DNA of 64,000 nt from positions 44,428-108,427 of the forward strand of contig DYFB01000039.1 of assembly GCA_020725405.1 (NCBI GenBank), given 5' to 3'. The stretch comes from Symbiobacterium sp. GTDB lineage: Bacteria; Bacillota; Sulfobacillia; UBA995; UBA9673. Below are positions 28,505-37,023 of this stretch, one piece after another. How positions within the stretch are numbered: the stretch's first letter is position 1; each line of letters starts with the position of its first letter. A program made the position numbers and the translations under genes. The notes beneath the pieces were generated by a model. It did not search any database. It was not told the origin of the DNA and saw nothing but the letters and a program-made list of their open reading frames with translations.

Positions 28505-28552
28505 GGCGACCTCCCTACCGCGCCGGCGACCCCGGCGCGAACGGGTGGGCGG

Positions 28553-30256
28553 CTACCGGCGCAGGACCTTCCCGGCCCTGTCGCTGGAGAGCGCCCCCCG
28601 CTCGACGGCCATCACGCCGTTGACGATGACCCACTCGACGCCTACGGGAGCAAGGTACGGCTCCTTTCCCGTCGCGCGGTCGGAGATGGTCTCGGGGTCG
28701 AAGACGACCACATCGGCCCAGCCGCCGCGGGCCAGGAGGCCCCGGTCGGTCAGGCGGAGCTTGCGGGCCGGCAGGGCGGTGAGCTTGTGGACCACACCGG
28801 CGAGGTCGCCCAGACCGCGGCTGCGCCGGTAGTGGCCGAGGACGCGCGGAAAGGTCCCGAAGTGCCGGGGATGGACGGGGGTCCGCTCCCCGAGTTCGCG
28901 GTCAAGGGCGAAGGCGTCGGTTCCGACCATCGTCTCCGGGTGGGAGAGCACCGCGAAGACGTCATCCTCGCTCATGAGTGCGGCCAGGTGGAGCTTCAGG
29001 TCCTGCTCCAGAAGGAGGTCGGCCAACCGGTCGACGAGCCGCCGGCTCCACGCCTCGTCCGGCGGTCCCTTCTTGGTCCCCGGCGGTTCAATCCCCAGGA
29101 CCTCCTCGAAGGCCCGGCCCTCGAGGTCCGCGTCCCGGCCGGCGGTCACAATGAGGTAGTGGTGGGGCGACGCTAGGAACCCGGGAAGCTTCCCGTCGCG
29201 GGCGGCGGCTTTTCGGACCTCGTTCGCGGCCCGCTCGCGGAACTCGGGGTGACCAAGGCTGGCACGGACATCGTCGGGTGCCCCGCGCGGCGTCACCCCC
29301 GGAATCTCCCCGAGGAGCGAGAAGACCTGGGCGAAGGAGTAGGGGTAGACATCGCAGGTTATGTCGATGCCTTCCCGGCGGGCCTCCTCCATCAGGGCCA
29401 AGGTGCGCGCGACCTTTCCGAAGTTCTCGCGGCCGATGGCCTTGTGGTGCGAGACCTCAACGCGGACGCCGGCTTCCCGGCCGATGCGGACGGCCTCCTC
29501 GACCGCCTCGACCACCCCGCCGCTCTCGTCCTTCACGTGCGATGTGTAGAGGCCGTCGTACCGAGCCACCACCCGGGCGAGGGCGACGACCTCCGCGGTC
29601 GACGAACTCGCCCCCGGCATATAGGAGCGTCCGGTGGAGAGGCCGTGGGCCCCTTCTTCCAGGCAGGCTCGGGTCAGAGCCTCCATGGCTTCAATCTCGC
29701 CGGGGGTCGCCGGCCGGCGGTCGAGTCCCACGATATGGGCCCGGATGAGGCTCTGCCCGACGATAGGGTAGAGGTTCACCCCTATGCCGTGCTTGTCGAG
29801 GTAGTCGAGGTACTCTCCGAAGGAGTGCCAGGCCGGCCCCGAGCCGTCGTCAGCGCCGGCGGCGATCTGGGATGGGACCTCCCCGAGGAGGCCCTCGGAG
29901 AGCATCTTGAGGACGGTTTGGGCGACCTCGCCCTTCAGGGGGGCCGGCGACCAGCCGCAGCTCCCGGCGACCTCGGTGGTGATGCCCTGGAGGAGAGAGC
30001 TCCGGGCCCGGGGATGGGAGGGCAGGGAAAGGTCGGAGTGGGAGTGCATGTCGATGAACCCCGGGGCGACGGCGAGGCCCCGAGCGTCGATAACCGTGGC
30101 CGCCTCGGCGCCCTCAAAGGATCCCAGGCCGGCGATACGGCCTCCGGAGATGCCGAGGTCGGCCACGTAGGGGGGGTTACCGGTGCCGTCGACGATCAGC
30201 CCGCCGCGGATGAGCACGTCCAGCAAGTCCGCATCCTCCTCGGGTCGCGGCGCCAC
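28553..30256 (-). CDS. N-acyl-D-amino-acid deacylase (D-aminoacylase, amidohydrolase_3 family)
   Basis: 567 aa. N-terminal GGLIVDGTG...PGFIDMHSHSD metal-binding motif and C-terminal GDRATGKEPY region typical of D-aminoacylases. Confidence 0.85.
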   Translation of the reverse strand: MAPRPEEDADLLDVLIRGGLIVDGTGNPPYVADLGISGGRIAGLGSFEGAEAATVIDARGLAVAPGFIDMHSHSDLSLPSHPRARSSLLQGITTEVAGSCGWSPAPLKGEVAQTVLKMLSEGLLGEVPSQIAAGADDGSGPAWHSFGEYLDYLDKHGIGVNLYPIVGQSLIRAHIVGLDRRPATPGEIEAMEALTRACLEEGAHGLSTGRSYMPGASSSTAEVVALARVVARYDGLYTSHVKDESGGVVEAVEEAVRIGREAGVRVEVSHHKAIGRENFGKVARTLALMEEARREGIDITCDVYPYSFAQVFSLLGEIPGVTPRGAPDDVRASLGHPEFRERAANEVRKAAARDGKLPGFLASPHHYLIVTAGRDADLEGRAFEEVLGIEPPGTKKGPPDEAWSRRLVDRLADLLLEQDLKLHLAALMSEDDVFAVLSHPETMVGTDAFALDRELGERTPVHPRHFGTFPRVLGHYRRSRGLGDLAGVVHKLTALPARKLRLTDRGLLARGGWADVVVFDPETISDRATGKEPYLAPVGVEWVIVNGVMAVERGALSSDRAGKVLRR

Positions 30257-30337
30257 CGGAAGCCCGGGGCGCTGTCATCGTCCGGCGGTCTTCGCTCCCG
30301 GGTGTCGGAAGCCCTGCTGGTGCTCTTACTAAGCGTC

Positions 30338-30360
30338 GCCCGGCGAGGCCCTCGCCGGGC
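30338..30360. promoter_or_regulatory. 23-bp perfect palindrome gcccggcgagg-c-cctcgccgggc in the divergent promoter region
   Basis: Seen directly. Lies between the D-aminoacylase start (30256, minus) and the helicase start (30555, plus). Confidence 0.4.
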
Positions 30361-30554
30361 CGCCCTGTCGCCCTGGCCGTGAGCCCGCCGCGCCAATCCT
30401 GGCGCTCCCGCCCGAGGAGGCCCCGCTGTCTGAGCGGAAACCCACATCTGGGCTTCCATTCCACTTGCCAGGGAACTCTCCCGTTCGTAGCGAAAAGTGT
30501 CAGGAGTTGGCGCTTTGCCCCGGAGCAAGCCCTAATCCACTGGCGAGGGAGCCT

Positions 30555-33500
30555 ATGAGCGCGGTCCCGGCCATACCGGAAATCGACTTCTCGGCCGACC
30601 CCGAGGCCGTCCGCCTCGTGGCCGAGGCGCACCGCCTGAGCTATGGTCACCTGGCGAACCCCGGGTTCGCCGCCGAGGTGTCTCTCATCGACCCCCTGCC
30701 GCACCAGCGAATCGCGGTCTACGACCACATTCTGAACCAGCGGCCGCTTCGCTTCCTCCTGGCCGACGACGCCGGGGCCGGAAAGACTATCATGACCGGC
30801 CTCTACATCCGCGAGATGCTCAGCCGGCGTCTCCTGCGCCGCGTACTGGTAGTCCCGCCCGCCGGACTGGTCAGCAACTGGCGGCGCGAGCTGGCCACGC
30901 TCTTCGGCCTCCGCGCGCGGGTGATCACCGGGGCGGACGCCTCCCGCGCGAGCGGGTCCGGTGACTCGCCGAACCCCTTCCGCGGTCCGGGCTCCGACCT
31001 CGCCATCGTCAGCGTCGACACCCTGGCGGGGCAGAAGGTCTTCTCCCGTCTGGCCGAGCCGGGCGTGGAACCCTACGACCTCGTCGTCTTCGACGAGGCC
31101 CACAAGCTGGCCGCCCGCCAGGACCCGGACGGCCGCATCGTGAAGACCGACCGCTACAGCCTCGCGGAGGCGCTGGCGGGCGTGAAGACTAGCGAGCCCC
31201 GGTTCCGTCTCGATTGGCACGCCCGCAATCTCCTGCTCCTCACGGCCACGCCGCACATGGGCAAGGACTTCCCCTACTACTGCCTCTGGCGGCTCCTCGA
31301 GCCCGAGGCCCTGGCTACCTTCGAGGCCTTCTCGGCCTACCCGCCCGCCGAGCGACGCCATCATTTCCTCCGCCGGACCAAGGAGGAGATGGTGGACTTC
31401 TCCGGACGCCCGCTCTACCCGCCGCGGCACTGTGATACCGTGAGCTACGAGCTCACCCAGGGCGGGGAGAGCGAGCAAGAGCTCTACGACGAGACCACCA
31501 AGTACATCAGCAGTTACTACAACCGGGCGCGCCTCCTCAATCGCACGGCCGTACGCCTGGCCATGAGCGTCTTCCAGCGCCGTCTGGCGAGTTCCACCTA
31601 CGCCCTGATGCGATCGTTCGAGCGCCGCCTGGAGAAGCTCGAAGCCATCATGGACGACCTCAGGTCCGGGCGCCTCACCGCCGACCAACTGCTCATCCGG
31701 CAGCGCCGCCTGGACAGCACCCGTGATCTCCTGGACGAGGCCACGGCGGACGAAGAAGGAGTCGAGCACGGCGAGGAGAGCAGCGAGGCCGCTGAGCGGA
31801 ACCTCCTCGGCGGCGTGGTCGCCGTGAACCTGGCCGAGCTCGAGGTGGAGAAAGCCAAAGTCGCCGAGCTCCTCGACCTCGCCCGCCGCGTAGCGGCCAA
31901 GGGCAGCGGGGCCAAGTTCGAACGCCTCCTGGAGGTCCTGGGCGACGCGCGTTTCGCCGAAGAGAAGTTCCTCATTTTCACAGAGCACCGCGACACGATG
32001 GACTTCATCGCCCGCCGGTTGGAGGCCCTCGGCTATACCGGCCAGGTGGCCCGGATCCACGGCGGTCTCGACGCCGCCGAGCGGGACCGCCAGATCGAGT
32101 TCTTCCGCGCCCCGGCCGGCGCCGGAGGAGCCCGCTTCATGGTCTGCACCGACGCGGCTGGTGAGGGTATTAACCTTCAGTTCTGCTGGCTCATGGTCAA
32201 CTACGACATCCCGTGGAACCCGGCTCGCCTGGAGCAGCGCATGGGCCGCATCCATCGCTACCTTCAGACCCGCGAGGTCCGCATCATCAACCTCGTTGCC
32301 GGGAACACCCGCGAGGGCCGGGTGCTGAAGACTCTGCTCGACAAGCTCCAGCTCATCCGCGAGCGGCTCGGCTCGGACAAGGTCTTCGACGTGGTGGGGC
32401 GGCTCTTCGAGGGCGTCTCGCTCCGAGAGTACATGGAGATGGCCGTCACCGAAGCGGGGGTTGAGGCTGCCGCCAGGTTCATCGAAGGCCGACTCACCCC
32501 CGAGCAGGTCGAGGCCCTCGAGGCCCGTGAGCGCCTCCTCTACGGCGACCGCGGGGACGTCAAACGAGAACTGCCGGCTCTCAAAGACCGGCTCGAGCAG
32601 GAAGGACTGCGGCGGCTCCTTCCGGGCTACGTCCGGCACTTCGTGCTCGGGGCCGCGCCGGTGCTCGACCTCGCCCTCGAGGGCCCGGTGGACGGCCGCT
32701 TCACCTTCCGGCCCCTCCGCCCAGGCGCTCTGGACCCCTTCCTGCCGGCCTCGGAGGCCTACCCTCCCGACTGGCAGACACTCTTCACCATCGAGCGCCC
32801 GGCACGGGAGGAGAAGGTCGTCTTCCTGCGCCCCGGCGAGCCGTTCTTCGAGAGTCTGCGCGAGGCTGTGGCGTCCAGGCTGGAGGGGTCAGCCCTCAGG
32901 GGTGGGGTCTTCACCGACCCCCACGCCACGGGTCCCTACCTCTTCCACCTGGCCCTGGTCAGCGTGGTGCGCCGCCGTGACCCCGCCGATCCGGGCTTCG
33001 CGGAAGAACTTCTCCTGGAGGAGAGAGTCGTCGGCGTGCGCCAGGACGAGAGCGGCAACATGGAGCTGTGCCCCATCGAGCACCTGCTCCTCCTGCGCGG
33101 GGCGCCAGGGGCCTTGCCGGTGGGCCGTCTTGCGGCGGCGCCGCTGGAGTACCGGGAACAGGCCCGCCGATTCGCGATGACCCGGGTGGCGGAGGTCCGG
33201 GCCGAGGACATCCGGGAGAGGCTCCGGCTGGAACTGGCCCGGCGCCGAGAGGCGGTCCGCCAGGGCTACGACTACCGGCTGGCCGAGCTCGGCGAGAGCC
33301 GGGTCAGGCTGCGCAAGGCGGCCTCGGAGGGAGACCGCAGGGCCGCCGGCGAGCTCGAGGCCGTCAAGCGAGAGCAGGAGCGGGTCACGGCCGAGGCGCA
33401 GGCGGCCTCCCGGCGGTTGGAGCGGGAACCCGACCTCGTGGCGCCGGGCGAGGTGCGCTTCCTCGCCCACGCGCTGGTCCTGCCCAGCGCCGACAGCGAG

Positions 33501-33911
33501 GACCAGGCTCATCACGACGCCCGGGTGGAGGCTCTGGCCATGGAGTACGCCCGCCGCTACGAGGAGGACCTCGGCGCCGTGGTGAAGGACGTCTCCACAG
33601 CGGACCGGGCCCGCGAGGCCGGCCTCGGCGACCGGCCCGGCTTCGACCTCCTCTCCCGGCGCCCCGATGGGCAGGAGCTGTGCATCGAGGTCAAGGGCCG
33701 GGCCCACGCCGGTGAGGTCGAGGTGACCCGGAACGAGTGGGCCCAGGCCTGTAACCTGGGTCCGCGGTACTGGCTCTACGTGGTCTACGACTGCGCCACC
33801 CGCCAGCCGAGGTTGCGCCGGATCCAGGACCCCTTCTCCCGGCTCCTGGCCAGGACCAAGGGGAGCGTGCTCATCAGCGAAGCGGAAATAGCCGAAGCGG
33901 CGGAGGGATGA
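30555..33911 (+). CDS. SNF2-family helicase (DEAH box) with a C-terminal DUF3883-like PD-(D/E)xK nuclease-like domain (BrxHII-like; 'HmaA'-like)
   Basis: Start at ATG 30555 (GAGGGAG RBS); the ORF track's TTG at 30465 is less likely. Helicase motifs: I DDAGAGKT, II VVFDEAHKL, VI QRMGRIHRYLQ. C-terminal segment ...DGQELCIEVKG...YWLYVVYDC carries a D..E.K signature. Confidence 0.9.
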   Translation: MSAVPAIPEIDFSADPEAVRLVAEAHRLSYGHLANPGFAAEVSLIDPLPHQRIAVYDHILNQRPLRFLLADDAGAGKTIMTGLYIREMLSRRLLRRVLVVPPAGLVSNWRRELATLFGLRARVITGADASRASGSGDSPNPFRGPGSDLAIVSVDTLAGQKVFSRLAEPGVEPYDLVVFDEAHKLAARQDPDGRIVKTDRYSLAEALAGVKTSEPRFRLDWHARNLLLLTATPHMGKDFPYYCLWRLLEPEALATFEAFSAYPPAERRHHFLRRTKEEMVDFSGRPLYPPRHCDTVSYELTQGGESEQELYDETTKYISSYYNRARLLNRTAVRLAMSVFQRRLASSTYALMRSFERRLEKLEAIMDDLRSGRLTADQLLIRQRRLDSTRDLLDEATADEEGVEHGEESSEAAERNLLGGVVAVNLAELEVEKAKVAELLDLARRVAAKGSGAKFERLLEVLGDARFAEEKFLIFTEHRDTMDFIARRLEALGYTGQVARIHGGLDAAERDRQIEFFRAPAGAGGARFMVCTDAAGEGINLQFCWLMVNYDIPWNPARLEQRMGRIHRYLQTREVRIINLVAGNTREGRVLKTLLDKLQLIRERLGSDKVFDVVGRLFEGVSLREYMEMAVTEAGVEAAARFIEGRLTPEQVEALEARERLLYGDRGDVKRELPALKDRLEQEGLRRLLPGYVRHFVLGAAPVLDLALEGPVDGRFTFRPLRPGALDPFLPASEAYPPDWQTLFTIERPAREEKVVFLRPGEPFFESLREAVASRLEGSALRGGVFTDPHATGPYLFHLALVSVVRRRDPADPGFAEELLLEERVVGVRQDESGNMELCPIEHLLLLRGAPGALPVGRLAAAPLEYREQARRFAMTRVAEVRAEDIRERLRLELARRREAVRQGYDYRLAELGESRVRLRKAASEGDRRAAGELEAVKREQERVTAEAQAASRRLEREPDLVAPGEVRFLAHALVLPSADSEDQAHHDARVEALAMEYARRYEEDLGAVVKDVSTADRAREAGLGDRPGFDLLSRRPDGQELCIEVKGRAHAGEVEVTRNEWAQACNLGPRYWLYVVYDCATRQPRLRRIQDPFSRLLARTKGSVLISEAEIAEAAEG

Positions 33912-33918
33912 ACTCGCG

Positions 33919-36900
33919 GTGGAACCCAGCGGACCGACCGGACGGCGCCTCATCGAGGCGACCTTTCCGCTGAGGCAGGCGTCACTCGACTCCGTGCACG
34001 AGAAGAACGTCCGGCACGGGCATATCTCCACCCTGCACATCTGGCCGGCCCGGCGACCCCTGGCCGCCTGCCGGGCCGCGCTCATCGCCACTCTCCTGCC
34101 GGACCCCGGGACTTCCGAAGAGCGCCGGCGGCTCGCGGAGAGAATCGGCGGGAGGGTTGTCGAGCGTCGCGAGATGAAGAAGGTCGGCTCCCGGGAGGTC
34201 GAGACGGTCCGGGAGGAGACCGAGGGAGGACTCCTCCACTGGGGGCGGGAGAACAGCCCCGACCTCGACTGGTTCCGGGAGGAGATCCGCAAGGCCTACG
34301 GCGGCAGGGCTCCGAAGGTGCTGGACCCCTTCGCCGGTGGAGGGTCCATACCCCTCGAGGCCATGCGCCTCGGCTGCGAGGCCATCGCGATGGACATCAA
34401 CCCGGTGGCGTGGTTCATCCTGAAGTGCACGCTGGACTACCCCCACCGGATGGCCGGTAAGACCCTGCCTCTGCCCAAGGCGGCCCTCGAGTCGGCCGAG
34501 TTCATGGAGGCCTTCCTGCGAGGGACGGGGAGGGTCAAGAAGAAGGCGGACCTTGAGCGGCAGCTCCAAGGGGTGCAGCTCGGCCTCTTCCCGCCTCCCG
34601 AGGCCGACCTCGCTTGGCACGTGCGGGCGTGGGGTCGCTGGGTCTTCCAGCGGGCCAAGGTGGACCTCGAACGCTTCTACCCGGTGGTCGACGGGAAGCC
34701 CACGGTGGCCTACCTGTGGGCGAGGACGGTCAAGTGCAAGAACTGCCGCGGGGAGGTGCCTCTCCTCAAGACCAGGTGGCTCTGCCGTAAGCCGGATAAG
34801 AAGGTGCTCCTCACCCTGCGCACGGAGCCGGGCAAGGCCGAGGCCGACTTCGGCGTCCGGGTTCTCCGGCCTGACGAGGTGGTGAACGACGCCGACACCA
34901 AGGGTACCATGTCCAGGGCCGGGGCGACCTGCCCGCACTGCGGCGTCATCACGATGATGGAGGACCTCCGCCAGGAGGGTCGCGCCGGTCGCCTAGGGCA
35001 GCGGTTGGTGGCCGTGGTGGTCGAGGGGGCCCGTGGAAAGGAGTATCGACCTCCCACCGGTGAGGAGATACGGAGGGCATCGGAGGCTGGGGGCGCGGTC
35101 GCTTCGGCGTTCGACGGAGTACCCTTCGGGACCCCCGACGAACCGCTTCCGGCCAAGGAGGCGCTCGGCATCCGGGTCCCACTCTACGGCTTGGATACCT
35201 GGGGGAAGCTGTTCAACCCTCGCCAGCTGCTCGCCCTGGGAAGCTTCGTCCGCCATACTCGTGCGGCACGGGAGGCGATGCATGCTCACGAGTACTCCCC
35301 AGAGTGGGTCGAAGCGGTGGGGACCCTTCTAACCCTCGTAGTCGATAAACTCGCGGACTATAACGCGAGCCTAACGACATGGAACACGCCTGGGGAAAAG
35401 ATGAGGAACGTCTTTGTCCGGTTCGCCCTGCCCATAACGTGGGATTATGCTGAGCTTAACCCCCTTTCACAGTCTACCGGGAACTACCTAGCCTGCCTAG
35501 AGTGGGTGGCCCGGTCAACGGAGCATACCTCTCTAGCTGCGCTGAGGTGTCCCTTCCCGCAAAGCGTTCTCGGCTCGGCTATCCGCCTACCTGCCGAGCA
35601 GGGGACGGTGGACCTCGTGGTGACCGACCCGCCGTACTACGACGCCATACCCTACTCGGATACGATGGACTTCTTCTACGTCTGGCTACGCCGGAGCACG
35701 CACGGGCTGGCTCCGGACGTCGATGCGGCCTTTTCCGAAGAGCTCGGCCCGAAGTGGGACGGGCCTCGAGAGGAAGGAGAGCTTATCGACGACGATAGTC
35801 GCTTCGGTGGTGACCCCCAAAGGTCCCGGGCCGCCTACGAAGCCGGCATGCTTAAGGCGTTCCAGGAGTGCTACCGAGTCCTCCGCCCCGAGGGGCGGCT
35901 CGTGGTCGTCTTCGCCCAGAAGAACCCTGCGGCGTGGGAAGCCCTCGTTTCGGCCATGCTTCGAGCGGGCTTCGTGGTCACCGCAAGTTGGCCGGTGCAA
36001 ACCGAGAGGGAGACCCGCACTAGAGCACTGTCCGGAGCTGCCCTCTCCTCGTCAGTCTGGCTTGTCTGCCGCAAGCGCCCGCCGAGCGCCCGACCCGGGT
36101 GGGATAACCAGGTCCTCGAAGAGACGCGCGCACGCCTCTGGGGCGTGCGGGCTGACGAGGTCGGCGAGTGGGTGTATCGCCCCACCCTCCGCGAGTTCTG
36201 GGATGCCGGGATTCGCGGCCCCGATTTCGTCTGGGCGGCCACCGGTCCGGCGCTCGAGGCCTACAGCCGCTACCCGGCGGTGAAGAAGGCCGACCGGCCC
36301 GATGAACTCCTGACCGTGAGCGAGTTCCTCCGCCACGTGCGTCGCCTGGTGGTGGATTTCGTCGTCGGCCGCGTGCTCACCCCGGAAGGAGAGCCGTCGG
36401 CCGCGCCCCCGCTAGACGACGTAACGACCTACTACCTCCTTCACCGGCAGGCTTTCCAGTTTTCCGAGACCCCCATCGGCGCGGTCATCCTCTATTCCGT
36501 GTCGTGCGGGCTCTCGGACCGCGACCTCGTGGAGGAGTACGACCTCCTTTCCCGCAGCGGCGGGAGCACCGCGCCCGCCGACCTGGAAGAGGACGGTTCG
36601 GATTCCGGGGAGGACGCCCAAGAAGAGGGAGAGGAAGAGGAAACCGCCGGCGCTTCCGGCGGCACCTCAAAGGTCCGGCTCAGGCCCTGGCACCAACGCC
36701 GGGGCAAGCGCATGGGTTACGAGAACGGCGGCCGGCCGGTGCCGCTGATAGACCAGGTCCATCGGCTGATGCATCTCTGGAAGACCGGCGACGTGCGCGC
36801 GGTCAACCACTACATCGGCGAGCGGGGTCTGCAATCAAGCGGCGTGTTCGCTAGGCTCCTCCAGGCCCTCATCGAGCTCTCGCCCGTCGGAGACGAGGAG

Positions 36901-37023
36901 CGGACGCTCCTGGAGAGCATCAGCAACCACCTGGCCGGGCTCCGGCTGGCTCGCCGGCCCGACCAGCTCTTTGACAGCCAGCAGGCTCCTGAAGAGCCCT
37001 TTCGGGGAGGCGTAAAGTCATGA
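33919..37023 (+). CDS. DUF1156-type DNA methyltransferase (N6-adenine/N4-cytosine class; PglXI-like; 'HmaB'-like)
   Basis: GTG start 8 nt after the helicase stop. N-terminal DUF1156 signature (IEATFPL...HISTLHIWPARRP). Motif I VLDPFAGGGSIPLEA. Cys4 Zn-ribbon insertion (CKNCRG...CPHCG). Motif IV VVTDPPYYD about 440 aa after motif I. Confidence 0.9.
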   Translation: MEPSGPTGRRLIEATFPLRQASLDSVHEKNVRHGHISTLHIWPARRPLAACRAALIATLLPDPGTSEERRRLAERIGGRVVERREMKKVGSREVETVREETEGGLLHWGRENSPDLDWFREEIRKAYGGRAPKVLDPFAGGGSIPLEAMRLGCEAIAMDINPVAWFILKCTLDYPHRMAGKTLPLPKAALESAEFMEAFLRGTGRVKKKADLERQLQGVQLGLFPPPEADLAWHVRAWGRWVFQRAKVDLERFYPVVDGKPTVAYLWARTVKCKNCRGEVPLLKTRWLCRKPDKKVLLTLRTEPGKAEADFGVRVLRPDEVVNDADTKGTMSRAGATCPHCGVITMMEDLRQEGRAGRLGQRLVAVVVEGARGKEYRPPTGEEIRRASEAGGAVASAFDGVPFGTPDEPLPAKEALGIRVPLYGLDTWGKLFNPRQLLALGSFVRHTRAAREAMHAHEYSPEWVEAVGTLLTLVVDKLADYNASLTTWNTPGEKMRNVFVRFALPITWDYAELNPLSQSTGNYLACLEWVARSTEHTSLAALRCPFPQSVLGSAIRLPAEQGTVDLVVTDPPYYDAIPYSDTMDFFYVWLRRSTHGLAPDVDAAFSEELGPKWDGPREEGELIDDDSRFGGDPQRSRAAYEAGMLKAFQECYRVLRPEGRLVVVFAQKNPAAWEALVSAMLRAGFVVTASWPVQTERETRTRALSGAALSSSVWLVCRKRPPSARPGWDNQVLEETRARLWGVRADEVGEWVYRPTLREFWDAGIRGPDFVWAATGPALEAYSRYPAVKKADRPDELLTVSEFLRHVRRLVVDFVVGRVLTPEGEPSAAPPLDDVTTYYLLHRQAFQFSETPIGAVILYSVSCGLSDRDLVEEYDLLSRSGGSTAPADLEEDGSDSGEDAQEEGEEEETAGASGGTSKVRLRPWHQRRGKRMGYENGGRPVPLIDQVHRLMHLWKTGDVRAVNHYIGERGLQSSGVFARLLQALIELSPVGDEERTLLESISNHLAGLRLARRPDQLFDSQQAPEEPFRGGVKS

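Noticed and set aside
30177-34292. ORFs 30177..32639(-) 820 aa and 32889..34292(-) 467 aa antisense to the helicase/methylase genes
   Set aside because: No motifs, low complexity, and the plus-strand genes have strong domain evidence. Treated as artefacts. Antisense transcription cannot be excluded, but coding is unlikely.
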